From Octopus sinensis (taxonomy: Eukaryota), in the NCBI RefSeq assembly GCF_006345805.1, contig NC_043015.1, forward strand, positions 31,806,001 through 31,870,000: a stretch of DNA of 64,000 bases. Direction: 5' to 3'. The position numbers were made by a program, and so were the translations under genes. The first letter of the stretch is position 1, and each line of letters opens with the position of its first letter. Shown one piece after another: positions 1 through 13,559 of the stretch. The notes under the pieces were generated by a model, which was not told the origin of the DNA, made no database searches, and saw only the letters and a program-made list of their open reading frames with translations.

Positions 1-1322
1 TATCCAGTTAACTGATATCTGGTGTAAAACCAATTAGTAATATTGGCTGAAATGGATCTACTCTGACTAAGATATGTGTGTGTATATAAATATCAGCCCC
101 ACAATAAAATGCCCCTTATGCATAAAGTGAATGGTGATAGGAAGAACATCTAGTGGTAGAAAATGTGAAAACAGAAACCCAAGCTAGACATTTCTGCAAA
201 CTCCATCACATTTAAGAGTGCAGTAATGAGAACCGATACAAGTAGAAGGGACCTTTAGCACTGGGGTACAGACCAGCATTTCTGGTGCCAGTGGCAAATA
301 AGACTCATCCAGTCTACACTATTAAGGGGTATACCTCAACAAAGCCAGTTATTTCTGTCACTGAGTGTGCCAGAGGGCAGGGCCAGGTGTCTTTGTTGTT
401 AGGTGTGCAAGAGAGTAGGGACCATGTAGACAAGAGATGGGACCTGTCCAGAATTTTAGAACTGTATGAAAGAGGCATAAAATACGATGATGATGATGAC
501 GATGATATAGGTAGCGTGAAGAAGTTTGCTTTGCACCTTGAGCAAGTGTCTTCTACTACAATCTCAAGTTGACCTATGCCTTGGGAGCAACTTTGGACGA
601 CAGAAACTACAAGGAAGCCTGTCATATATATACACACACGTGTGTGTGTGTGTATCAGTGGGGGGTTGTACTGATCTCACCACTTGTCAACAGTTGTTGG
701 TTTGTTTATATCCCTATTACTTAGTAGTTTGGTTAAAGAGAGGCGACAAAATAAATGCCATTCTTACAGATAATTACTGGGGTCGACTTGATCAGCCAAA
801 CCCATTTATGCAGAGCTCCAGTATGGCTGCAACCAGTCACTGAAACCAGTAGGAGAATAAAAGAATATCATTTTTTCTCTTTCTTTTATTCCGTAATTCA
901 TTTCAGTCACTGGAAATGAATAAACGACAGACAGAAACGAATTTGTGCAAGGCCAACGTATAGAAGTAGGTTATGTGGAGCAATATATGTGCTATGGGTA
1001 CATAATGTGTATGTTATGAGTACAGTAATGTGTGTACTATGTATATAGTAATATGTATATATGTAATGTGTGTACTATGTAAATAGTAATGTGTGTGCTA
1101 TGTGTACAGTAATGTGTATAGTATTGTGTGTACTATGTATATAGTAATATGTGCTATTTGTATAGTAATATGTAATGTGTATGATAATGTGTGTACTGTG
1201 TATATTGTAATGTGTATATTATGTGTACAGTAACGTGTATGTTGTGTAAAGTAATATGTGTATAGTAATGTGTGTACTATGTATATAGTAATATGTGCTA
1301 TTTGTATAGTAATATGTAATGT

Positions 1323-1550
1323 GTAAAGTGTAAAGTAATGTGTAATGTGTACAGTGATGTGTAAAGTGTAAAGTAATGTGTAATGTGTACAGTGATGTGT
1401 AAAGTGTAAAGTAATGTGTAATGTGTACAGTGATGTGTAAAGTGTAAAGTAATGTGTAATGTGTACAGTGATGTGTAAAGTGTAAAGTAATGTGTAATGT
1501 GTACAGTGATGTGTAAAGTGTAAAGTAATGTGTAATGTGTACAGTGATGT
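1323..1550. repeat. 38-bp minisatellite, 6 perfect copies, within a TG-rich field (about 1000-2200)
   Basis: Unit gtaaagtgtaaagtaatgtgtaatgtgtacagtgatgt. Confidence 0.9.
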
Positions 1551-1749
1551 GTGTGTTGCGTGTATAGTAATGTGCATGTGTATGTATTACTTGTAGTAAT
1601 GTGTGTGATGCATGTTGTAATTTATGTTGTGCTGTGTAGTAATGCAATGTGCCATGTGTGTGCAGTATTGCATGTAATGTGTTATACATAGTAATGTGCA
1701 TGTGTTATATGCCATAATGTCTGTGTGTTACATGAGTAACATGTAGTAA

Positions 1750-1942
1750 CAAGAAACTATGACACTACAACCAGCCAGGAACAGTCTTCGCTACATTTGC
1801 GGCACCTGCCAGAGGGAGAGTTTGTCCAGGATAGGACTACACAGCCACAGCGGGAAATGTAGCAGGACACGAAATGTAAAAGCCGGACTGGACTACTTTA
1901 TGCGCAACTCCATTGTCTCCCCGAGACAAGAAGGATGCCAAC
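1750..1942 (+). mobile_element. RTE-clade LINE 3' fragment (BovB-like C-terminus)
   Basis: ORF remnant CGTCQRESLSRIGLHSHSGKC (RTE C-terminal Zn-finger motif), tail ccattgtctccccgagacaagaaggatgccaacaac; 12-bp TSD aacatgtagtaa at 1738-1749 and 1943-1954. Confidence 0.8.
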
Positions 1943-3199
1943 AACATGTAGTAATGTGTACCATGTGTAGTAATGTGTGTATTATATTTAGTTATGCACG
2001 CGTTATGTGTAAAGATGTGTAGCAATACTGTGTAGTAATGTCTGGGTAGAGGCATAGTAATGCGTGTGTTACGATTAGTAGTCTGTATACACGTGTTGTG
2101 TGTAGTAGTGGGTGCGTAATATGGGATGCATGCATTATGTGTAGTAATGTGTGTGTGTTGTGTTTTAGGAATGTGCACTTGTGTGTGTTCTATTGTAAGT
2201 ATGTGTGTGCTTCTGTGATAGGAATGTGTGTGCACGTGCATATGTACATGTACACGAGTATGTTATAAGAATGTGCTTGCGTGCTTTTTCTCTGTGTGTG
2301 TGTGTGTGTGTGTGTGTGTCCAATGCCTGCGTTGTAGGAATGTGGCAGATGGAGAGGGTTAGACAAATGTACACTGAGACAATTGAAGTGTGGATGCACG
2401 CATGCGAATGTGTAAGGCCTGTGTGTGTGTGTTGAGTACACGACGAAGAGGAGGCGTAGTGTGTTAGCCAAGAGAGAGAGAGAGTAGGAGAGAGCAAGAG
2501 AAGGAGAGAGAGCGAGAGCTGTGAACCAGACATGAATCATAATCACAAGGAGATTAGTGGGGGGGAGGAGAAGAAGAGGGTGACTGTTAGAGCAGCATGA
2601 TAGTGGTGGTGGTGGTGGTGGCGGCGGCAGTGGTGGTAGCAGTAGTGGTGGAGGCAATAGTAATGTTTATAGTAGTGGCAGAAGAGTTAGTTAGTAGTGC
2701 TAGTGGCGTTGGCAATGGAGAGTGCTGTAGTGGCGACGGCAGTGTTAGTGGTAGCAAAAAAAAAAACAAATTACTGTAGCAGTGGCAATGTTAGTGGTAG
2801 TGATGGGGGGGTGAGTGATGGTATAATAGTGGAGTAGGGACGACGGTGTTGGTGAGGGCAGCAGTGTCGTGGTGGTGGTGGTGGAGGTGGTGATGTGTTA
2901 GTGGGGTATACGTAGGGTTTTTGTATCTCTGGAAGTAGTGGCTACGATGCAGCAGTGTGGTGGAGGTGCTGGTGAGGAGGAGGTGCTACCGAGATGGTAG
3001 TAATGGCAGCGGTGTAGTATTGTACTAATACACATGGCGATGTGTGTCGTGTGTGCATGCGGTAGGAATGTGTATAAGTTTGTGCACGCATGTGGGAGTT
3101 CATGCATGCATGTGTGCAAAGGTATGGACAGTATGTATGTGTGTATATATATGTGTGTGTGTGTGTGTATGTATACATATGTGTGTGTGTATGTATACA

Positions 3200-3590
3200 T
3201 ATACACACACACATTATATACATAACTATATATATACACACACATTATATACATAACTATATATATATATATATACACACATATTATATACATAACTATA
3301 TATATATATATACACACATATTATATACATAACTATATATATATATATACACACACATTATATACATAACTATATATATATATATATACACACACATTAT
3401 ATACATAACTATATATATATATATATACACACACATTATATACATAACTATATATATATATATATATACACACACATTATATACATAACTATTATATATA
3501 TATATACACACACATTATATACATAACTATATATATATATATACACACACATTATATACATAACTATATATATATATATATATAATACAC
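3200..3590. repeat. Minisatellite cacacacattatatacataac(ta)n, about 10 copies
   Basis: Constant core with variable (TA)n length. Confidence 0.9.
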
Positions 3591-4359
3591 ACACACACAC
3601 GCGCGCATATAATGTCCCTGATGAGCCTCAGCTCTCAAATCAAGCCTCACCTCCTCTTCTCAGGCACATGAAACAGTCACAGAGTGTACCTTGAAATTAG
3701 AAAATAATTCACTAATTTTGCAGAAGGAATGGGAGTAAAAGAGAGAAAATGGATAATAGAGAAGAAAAAAAGGATTCGGGGGAGAATGTGTATGGAGGGA
3801 GTGAGAGATTCGAAGGAAGAGGAAAGACATGGATAAATATGGAGAAAAAAGGGCAGAGAGAGAGAGAGAGAGAAAATGAGTAATGGAAGAAGGGAGACGA
3901 GAGGTAGAGATGGAGTATGGTAGATGGGGAAGAGATGATGGAGATGAATTGAGGGAATGAAAGAAATGGAAAGTACAGCAAATGAGAAAAGAAATATTAA
4001 GGGGAAAAATAGAGATGGAGGAAAAACAAGGGAGAAAAATAAGGGAAAAAGTTGAGAGAAAAGAAAAGTTAAAAGAAATGAAAGGGAGATAAGAGATAAC
4101 AGATTGTGATATACAAGTGTATATGTGTGTGTGCGTGTGTGTGTGTGTATGTATGTCTATATGTGTGTGTGTGTGTGTGTGCATATATATATGTATGTAT
4201 ATATGCACGTGTGTTTGTATGTATGTCTATATATATGTGTGTGTGTATATATATGTATGTGTGTGTATGTCTATAAATGTGTGTGTATATATATGTGTGT
4301 GTGTGTGTATGTATATATAAATATATGTATATATATGTGTGTGTGTGTATGTCTATAAA

Positions 4360-4408
<49 letters not shown>

Positions 4409-4559
4409 ATATGTATGTGTTTTATGTTTTATCAGTTTCAGCTCAAAGCTGTGGCCATGCTGGGACACCACCATTTTGCTACACTGTTATTATTTAGAGC
4501 CTCCTCTGATATGTGGCATTCAGTGAATAAGGGAGTTTGATGTTGCTACCCTTATTTGC

Positions 4560-4912
4560 ACCTTCTGCTGTGAGGTAGGTTCATCTGGGACTTTCAACAG
4601 GAAGAGATCCAGTTTTGGATTACAAGCTGCTCATCCAGGACCTTTGGGAGAATATTAAAAAGCTGTTGGTTCCTGAAGTCCAGGCTGTTGCAGTAACTGG
4701 TGCTGAAGTGCAATGGCATAGCTGGGATTTTTGGCATCGTGCAGTGGCAACCCTTTCTGGCATTTGTGTAGCTTTCAATGCCAAAATTTGGCACAATCCC
4801 TTCCAGGATCTTCAAGATGTATATTACTGCATGTCTCTTCCGTTTTCTCTCCAGGGAGTAGAGTCTTAGCTGCTTCAGCCTTTCCCAGTAGCTGAGCTGT
4901 TGCAATGGAGAT
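4560..4912 (-). mobile_element. CR1/L2-group LINE ORF2 C-terminal fragment with internal deletion
   Basis: LSYWERLKQLRLYSLERKRKR...KILEGIVPN...LFNILPK, a typical post-RT CR1/L2-group motif. Confidence 0.8.
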
Positions 4913-4956
4913 GATCTCTTTTGTGAAGTTTCAGTGAATTGCTGTTAATTTATATT

Positions 4957-5024
<68 letters not shown>

Positions 5025-5231
5025 TATATATACATATATATGTATGTATTCTTTTATTCTTTAATTTGTTTCTTTTACTTGACTGTGGCCATGCTGGAGC
5101 ACCACTTTTAGTTGAATGAATCAACCCCAGGAGTTATTCAACTGGTCTCTTTTGCTGAACCACTAAGTTATAAGGATGTAAACACACCAACATCGGTTGT
5201 CAAGCAATGGTAGGGGAGGGGACAAACACAG

Positions 5232-5313
<82 letters not shown>

Positions 5314-5556
5314 CAATAAGAAAATGGAGGGGATCAATAGGTGGTTCATCAACTTTTAGACATTATATTATGTTAACTTATTTATTTATTTATTTACTAA
5401 AAGGAATATATATATATATATATAATTTCAACAATTGAGGGTAAAATTAATTAATTATTAATCAATTTCACCAAGTATTCAGTATGTAAAGGGACCATTT
5501 AAGGCGAATTCAAAATATCACATTTTATAAAGGGCTTAGTAAAATAAATTACTTTG

Positions 5557-5728
5557 CCACATACTGAACTCATTAGAAATAGCAGCCAAAAAAAATTTTT
5601 TTAGCTAAATTCTAATACTTAAAGAAAATTTCTCTCAGATAGTGCTTACTCAAAATAGCCCACGAAGTATTAGAATTTAGCTAAAAAAATTTTTTTTGGC
5701 TGCTATTTCTAATGAGTTCAGTATGTGG
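5557..5728. repeat. Perfect 64-bp inverted repeat with 44-bp spacer
   Basis: 5557-5620 is the exact reverse complement of 5665-5728. Confidence 0.92.
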
Positions 5729-6353
5729 TGCAGCAATTTGGTGTAAGCAGTTGTGATGCATCAGTGCAACAGCCGCTACATGGTCACTTGGCCTGCTAGA
5801 CATAGCAGCCAAATGTCCCTCAAACCAGTCCCGTTTCATAAAGGGGCACACTGAATAATGTTGTCCAGAGTACACTGTCCCAGAAGAAAAGGCAGTGTGG
5901 TCATGTCTGGATTGACTTTTAACTCATAGGCATGTCTGCTCTAAGATGGCAAATTAGGCCAAGTTCTTAGATTCGATAGATTGCCCTGTGGTATACTTTG
6001 CCTTTCATCCTTAAGCACCATAACATTGTAGGGCAGGTGTGAGAGGTCAGATATAGCCAGTTTGAACATGAAACAAGTAGAATAAAAGGGCCAGATATGG
6101 TCAGTTTAAACATTAAAGGGCTAATCTACCACTCCAAAACAGGAACAGTTCCTCAGACAGGTCTCTACATAATTTCCCCTCTTACAAAATTTCATTTGCA
6201 AGGCTTTGGTTGAACTAAAACTTTAGTACAAGAATATTCTTGTTCAAAATATCATGCAGTGGAATTGAACCCAGGACCTTGTAGGAGCAAGCCTAACTTT
6301 TAAACTACACAGCTACACAGCAAAGCTATCCCATAACCTTTGACCTGGTGTCT

Positions 6354-6525
6354 GTCGTTACGTTGTGAGTTCAAATTCCGCCAAGGTCGACTTTGCTTTC
6401 ATCCTTTCGGGGTCGATAAATTAAGTACCAGTTACGCAGTGGAGTCGACATAATCGGCTTAATACCTATGTCTGTCCTTGTTTGTCCCCTCTGTGTTTGG
6501 CCCCTTGTGGGTAATAAAGAAATAG
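6354..6525 (+). mobile_element. Meta-type SINE, 5'-truncated
   Basis: gagttcaaattccgccaaggtcgac...gccccttgtgggtaataaagaaata; boundaries approximate. Confidence 0.8.
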
Positions 6526-7125
6526 GTACAGGTGTGTAATTCTTCCTCATGGCCACTCTCAGGTAATTATCATTTGTGTTCTCTACCCTACCTTTTTTCA
6601 TATAACATTCATTGAGAACAGACATTCCACTGACCACAATATGAAAGCCTCCTAGAAAAAAAAATATATAAAACAAACAGCAAAAAAAGAAATAAAAAGA
6701 AAAAAAGTTAGTTTATGACATTCCTGTATAGCCAACCCCCTTGGGTCATTAGATATTGTAAAGGAAACAAATTAAAAAGAGAATCTGAAATTAGGTCCCC
6801 ACACCCAGCAATAGAAACAATAACAACAACCTGATGATCTTCTATGGGTGTGGGGGAAACTAACGCAACAATAGATCAACAAACTGTTTTTATAGATGTT
6901 AATATTGGTGTTGGTGTATGCAGTGGGTAAGGTGGGGGTGATTAAAGAGAGGAAATGACTCAGAGGGAGGAGGGAAAAAAGAGGATTTCAAAGACAAATC
7001 TTAATAAATATATTCTGATGACTGAACTGACAAGGAGATAATAGACAATCTGCTTACTTAACGATTACACCCAACGAGCATGTGAGCGTGTGTACACATC
7101 CGGTAGAATCACTTAAACAATGCCT

Positions 7126-7742
7126 ATTTCTTTACTACCCACAGTGGGATAAACACAGAAAGGACAAACAAGGACAGACAAACGGATTAAGTAGATTATA
7201 TCGACCCCAGTGCGTAACTGGTACTTATTTAATCGACCCCCCCCCCCCGAAAGGACGAAAGGCAAAGTCGACCTCGGTGGAATTTGAACTCAGAACGTAA
7301 CGGCAGACAAAATACCTATTTCTTTACTACCCACAAGGGGCTAAACACAGAGAGGACAAACAAGGACAGACAAATGGATTAAGTCGATTATATCGACCCC
7401 AGTGCGTAACTGGTACTTATTTAATCGACCCCCCCCCCCCGAAAGGACGAAAGGCAAAGTCGACCTCGGTGGAATTTGAACTCAGAACGTAACGGCAGAC
7501 AAAATACCTATTTCTTTACTACCCACAAGGGGCTAAACACAGAGAGGACAAACAAGGACAGACAAATGGATTAAGTCGATTATATCGACCCCAGTGAGTA
7601 ACTGGTACTTATTTAATCGACCCCCGAAAGGATGAAAGGCAAAGTCGACCTCGGTGGAATTTGAACTCAGAACGTAGCGGCAGACGAAATACCGCTAAGC
7701 ATTTCGCCTGGCATGCTAACGGTTCTGCCAGCTCGCCACCTT
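7126..7742 (-). mobile_element. Meta-type tRNA-derived SINE, head-to-tail trimer with one head
   Basis: Three ~190-bp units, one tRNA-like head. Core GCCTTTCATCCTTTCGGGGTCGAT resembles the Meta/Sauria-type central domain (family label from memory). TSD acttaaacaat(g/a)cct at 7111-7125 and 7743-7757. Confidence 0.85.
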
Positions 7743-8667
7743 ACTTAAACAATACCTGATATTTTTCATAAGTGCAAGTGTGTTTATATGTGTGCATATA
7801 CAGGTTTCAAATTTTGGAACCAGGCCAGTAATTTCGGGGGGAAGGGGATAAGTCAATTACATCAACCTCAGTGTTCAACTGGTACTTATTTTATTGACCC
7901 CAAAAGGATGAAAGGCAAAGTCAACCCCGGCAGCATTTGAACTCAGAATGTAAAGGCAGACGAAATGCCGCTAATCACTTTGCCCGGCGTGCTAACGATT
8001 CTGCTAGCTTGCAGTCTCACCATCTTTATGTATGTAGATATAAACATACATATTAATCCATATATATATATATGGATGTGCACACATGTATGCATATACA
8101 AAATAAAAGAAACTAGGTAAAGGTGCTTATATATGATCGCTCAACTTGTTTAGGCAAAGCAGCTAAATCTCCCTCATACTTTTCAAAAACAAAAACACAA
8201 AAAAGGAATAAAACCAGGGTACACAATAACTAATTGAAAAAAAAAAAAGATGGAATTGTCATAGTTGGAATGCCCTTGATCAAAGGTCCACTGAACCTGG
8301 GCCAACTTGGAGCTAAACAACAACAATAAAAATTCAAATTTGTAAAGTGTTCAACGAATACTAAGATTTTAGTTGCTAATATAGAAGACAACTGAAGATG
8401 GCAGAATTGCTAAGCATGCCAAGCAAAATGCTTAGCGGCATTTTGTCCATCTTTACGTTCTGAGTTCAAATTCTGCCAAGGTTAATTTTGCTTTCATCCC
8501 TTCAGGGTCGATAAAAATAAGTACAAGTTTTGCACTGGGGTTGATGTCATTGACTATCCCCAACCACCAAATTTTTAGGCCTTGTGCCTATAATAGAAAG
8601 AAATATATAGAAGACAACTTCAAACCCTAACACCAGGATACAATAACGTATATGAGTGGACATGAAG

Positions 8668-8989
8668 AGCTCAAAATCTCTCGTGGAAGCGTCATCCAAC
8701 CAAAGTACAAATATATGGGAAACTACCACCTGCGTCATCTCTTGTGAAAGGTAGAAGAGTCCAGTTTGCTGGACATTGTTGTAGAGCTGAAAACGAGGTA
8801 ATTTCTACTCTTCTCCTCTGGAAGCCATCTGCTTGCGATACCAGAGGGTGCACACTCTCCTACCCTGATGTAATCTCCAGGGATACAGGCATCCAGCAAC
8901 AGGACCTCCGTAATGCTATGATGGACCGTGAAGTCTGGTGTAACATAGTAAATTCCATTGTCTCGACTACGGGTCAACAATGATGATGA
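8668..8989 (+). mobile_element. RTE/RTEX-type LINE 3' end
   Basis: AQNLSWKRHPT...KGRRVQFAGHCCRA...AMMDREVW, (tga)n tail; 11-bp TSD tggacatgaag at 8657-8667 and 8990-9000. Confidence 0.88.
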
Positions 8990-10563
8990 TGGACATGAAG
9001 GTTAGCATATTTTATAGTAGAAATTACTCAGAGATAATACTCCATACTTCTGAAAGACAACAGTGAAGTTGTTTTTACCATATTTAATTCAGTGATCATT
9101 AAAACATTAATTAGAAATAATTGTGCAGCATGGAAAAGAGAATATTAATCAATGATTAATAACATTTTAATTACTAAGGTGACAGAATCATTAACATACC
9201 AGACAAAATGCTTGGCGATATTTTACTTGAGTTTACATTCGAAGTTCAAATTCTGCGGAGGTCGACTTCGCCTTTCGTCTTTTCAAGATTCAGCTGATGT
9301 TAATGTAATTGATTTACCTCTCTCCCAAAATTGCTGGCTTTGTGTTCAAATTTGAAATCAATATCATTTTAATTATCCTGACCCATATGATAACTCTGAA
9401 CATATCTCACCCATTCAAGCATGATCGTTACCAGCATCGCCTCAAAGAGCACCATCCGAGCGTGATCATTGCCAGAGCGGCTATCTGGCCTTCGTGCCGG
9501 TGGCACGTAAAAGACACCATTCAAGCGTGATTGTTACCAGCATCGCCTTACTGGTACCTGCGCTGGTGGCTAGATCAAGATTGAAGCCTGGTGCAGCCAT
9601 CTGGTTTGCCAGCCCTCAGTCATTGGTCCAACCCATGCTAGCATGGAAAGCAGACGTTAAACGACGATGATGATGATTGGGCCTTTCAGCAAAGATGTCA
9701 CCATATTAGCCAAAGAATACTGAAGAGAGGATCACTCAGTAGCTGTACAATATTTTACATGATTAAGTTGTAAGCCTAGTCATTCCTGTTTTATTTTATC
9801 AATATTTTATTTACATTTATTGAACCACGATGATACCAATCTGCATGTCACAAAATCACTGAAGTGTGTAATGAAATTGTCCAAAGTCAGAATATTTTAT
9901 CTCTGGTATTTCAGATTCAAAGGCCACATAAGAAGCACCCAGTACACTCTGTAAAGTGACTGGCAGTGGGGACGGGTTCCAGCTGCAAAAAAACAAACAT
10001 TTAAAAGTAGACATCATAGCTTGGCACAGTCTTCTGGCTCACCAGCTCCTGTTGAACTGTCCAACCCATGTCAGGATGAAAAACAGATCTTAAATGGTGA
10101 TGATTGACCCTTCAATCGGGATATATCCAGCCCAAATATTCTACCTGTTTTATGCCAAGACTGACCAACTCCAGCCTCTCATACCTACCCTACAATGTCA
10201 TTCTAAAAATATACAAACACACCATTGAAATCTTGAAGCTACAAGGTAGATTCCAATGTCTTTACAAGGAGTCAATTCTGCAAAGTAAAGAATGGCTGTA
10301 AGAGAGATCAAGTTGAGTGGAAAACAAAAGCAGATAAACAAATTAGGTACATTAATTACATTTAATATAATTAATGTACCTAATTTGTCTGTCTGTATAA
10401 TTGCAGCTACACACACACACACACTGGACTGCTAAATCAACAATTTTTTTTGTCACTTCCCTCTCTCTGTTTATTTTCTCTTATTCCTTTCTGTTGAAGA
10501 GCATAGGCTCAAAACATAAAACACTTTATTGCTTGTTGCTTTGATTTTCAATAAATTTCATAA

Positions 10564-10598
<35 letters not shown>

Positions 10599-13229
10599 TA
10601 TATATATACAAATGCATACATACATACATATATATATATATGCATATACATACACGCACACATTTATAGCGTGTGTATATGTGTGTCAGCTCATTTTTAG
10701 TGAAGCAAATGTGTCCCCAGCCTTAAAAGGTTGGGAAGAGCCGATCTAGAACTGAAACTATGTTGAAATTCTCAAAGAAAGACAAAAATCATTTATTCTT
10801 CAAGAAGACTGAAAGTCAATTCAGTAGAGAGTGAAAAACTCCATAATAATAATAATAACAGAAATATTAACATAAAACGTATGAACTCCACCTAAACTTG
10901 CTGCTTTTCCACTCCAAACAGAAAACTAAACATCACCAGCCTGTGGGCAATACTTGGCTTTAGAACTCCTTCGAAGACATTACAGCAATTTTTTTTCCTG
11001 CTAATAGTTGTGAGATGATCCTAGAAATTGGGATATATCTACATAAATTGTTGGAGAAAAATACGTTTTTATAGCTGGATGCTTTCCCCGAGGCTCACTT
11101 ATGAAGTACAAAGCAGAAAGTTCCATCTCATTTTCGTTTTTAGTTTTCTTTTAACGAATGTTGTTGAGCAGACTGAAGTGGTAATTACCAATTTTCATTT
11201 ACTATTATGTCTCACCCAGGGGCACAGTCATAATGAAATATAATTGGAAAAATTGGAGGGAGTGGAATCTAAGGAACCATTAGTAAATCTGTATGAGACA
11301 TAGTATTTACCTTCAGTTATGTATCATAGATTCCAAAAAGATGAAATTACTTTAACTTATGAATAGGGTAAAAAATGTAACTTAAGTTTGAGATTGACCC
11401 CTTTAAGTAATCTTTTTTTTCCCCTTTTTTTTGCTAAGTTTTTAATGAATTGTATTTTTGCTAAAATATAAATAGAAGGAGGGATTGAACAAGATAATAG
11501 AAAAATAAATTAAGAAATTGCTCTGGTCTAACAGCCTTCCATGTTTGTTTTTATTCAGTTTGTTTATATCTAAAAGTAAAATGTAAAATCCTTTGGCCAA
11601 CCTCAGCACACGTGTGAACTATTCTGAGCCACAGCTTATCAGTCCCTTAGTGAATGGTAATAAATCTACTACTAATATAGGATAAAATTTTTTTCACCGT
11701 GTGTGTATATACACACACACACACACACACATATCTGTCTGTCTTTGTGTTTGTATTTGTATTTTTCGCACATCATCGCTTGACAATTGGTGATGGTGTG
11801 TTTACATCCCTGTAACTTAGCAGTTCAGCAAAAGTGACCAACAGAGTAAGTACTAGGCTTTAAAAAAAAAGTCCTGGGTTTGAGTTGTTTGACTAAAACA
11901 ATTCAAGGTGGTGCCCTAGCATGGCCGCAGTCAAAGAAAAGATTTATCACTATTCCAAAAATGCTGAATTGTAAGACTACCAAAATAAATGTTTTGTTTC
12001 TCAATGAAAAACGATTTTTTGAATAACAGGAAATTTATGAATGAAAGGCCACACATTAAGATGGCAGATGAATTCTCAAATATAAACACAAAACATTTAC
12101 CAATAACAGTGTGAAAGACGACTTTTGTCCTTGGGTAACCACTGTTATTTCCCATTTGCTTACCCTTAGAAAGTATGTAAATGGTTAATATTTCCTTCTA
12201 ACTTTGCTTTTGTTATATTTATGCAAGCCTCAAAGAATCCCTGTTAATAGATGGCTATGATGCTCTCTCACTACTCCAGCTCATGATCAGAAATGCACAT
12301 ATTGTCAGTCACTAAGGGACATGCTGTGTGCAAATTTTATCATACAGAGTAACTGTAAAAGTAAAAATATCTTTGACCATAAAAAAAAGTCAACAAAGAA
12401 AAAACAACAAAAACTTATGAAGTTTTTTTTTTTTGTTAAAAAATGAAAATTAAATCTTCCTCTTGTGAAATCCAGCAAAGAATGTCAGGTATTCACCATT
12501 ATTAACAAAACATTCCAAGAGAACTAATTCATCACCAAACTTGTCAGCGGAAAAATGTCAAAGGAATTCCATTTCATGTTTTGCTATTTTATAAATACTC
12601 CAAAAAAACTTGTAAACTTAGACTGAACTTAGGAAAATACAGTTTATATTTCTAAAAAAATTATCTCATTTTCTCTCCATCACATCTTCCACTATCTGAG
12701 TATTTATTTCTGGTTACCATGCCTCGAGTATTCTAGCAGGAAATTATTGTCTTTGTGAATCTGTGCCAAGTCTTGAAGCTACATACATTACTAGTGTCTG
12801 ACTGGCACTAAAACATATCACTTACACAGCAGGACCAGTAAAACGTTGAGCAAATACCTTGTGGTATTCGACTTCAACTCTTCCCAATCGGAGTTCAAAT
12901 CCCACTCAGGACGATTTAACTTTTCGTCCTTCCAAAGTAACTATATTACAGAAAGCAATATTCTAGTATCGCTTCACTCTTTTGGCTAAAACCAGTAACA
13001 AATAATAAGAATACAGACGTAATTTCTTCAGACGCAATATCATCATCACCATTTTAACCTCGCTTTTCCTATGCTTGCATGGGTAAGACAGAGTTTATTG
13101 AGGCAGATTTTTTCTATACTCTTTTACTTGTTTCAGTCATTCGACTGTGGCCATGCTGTAACAATTCCTCCAAGACACCACCCTCGACTGGTACTTTATT
13201 TTAGCAACCCTTCCCCTGAACTCTTCCCT

Positions 13230-13324
13230 AGTTGTGGTGCACCTGAGCAGTTGTGGTGCACCTGAGTAGTTGTGGTGCACCTGAGTAGTTGTGGTGCACC
13301 TGAGTAGTTGTGGTGCACCTGAGC
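13230..13324. repeat. 19-bp tandem repeat, 5 copies
   Basis: agttgtggtgcacctgag(t/c) x5, no spacers. Confidence 0.92.
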
Positions 13325-13559
13325 ACTGTATACAATAATTTCATTATTATTTTTATTTTATAAAAAACTGAAAAAGCAAAATAGACTTCAGCAGGATTTG
13401 AACTCACACTCAGGGGTTTGGGAATAAATACTGCTAGGCTTCTATTTAATGCCCTAATTTCTGTCGACTCTAAAAGTAGAATGTTGTATATTTGTTAGTG
13501 CAGGTTAAATTAGGTGGGCAGGTAAATGTAGACGTGTTGAAATGAATCTGTTGGATTAC

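Noticed and set aside
7126-7742. Hammerhead retrozyme array
   Set aside because: The tandem unit has the right size, but I find no CTGANGA...GAAA core on either strand.
8396-8480. tRNA-like sequences at SINE heads
   Set aside because: No complete cloverleaf; these are SINE promoter remnants rather than tRNA genes.
11931-12155. ORF MGNNSGYPRTKVV as the next PAK exon
   Set aside because: No KPLP or CRIB (ISxPxxFEHxxHVG) similarity in any frame.
13230-13324. CRISPR-like short palindromic repeats
   Set aside because: Units are contiguous with no spacers, there are no cas genes, and the context is a eukaryotic intron.
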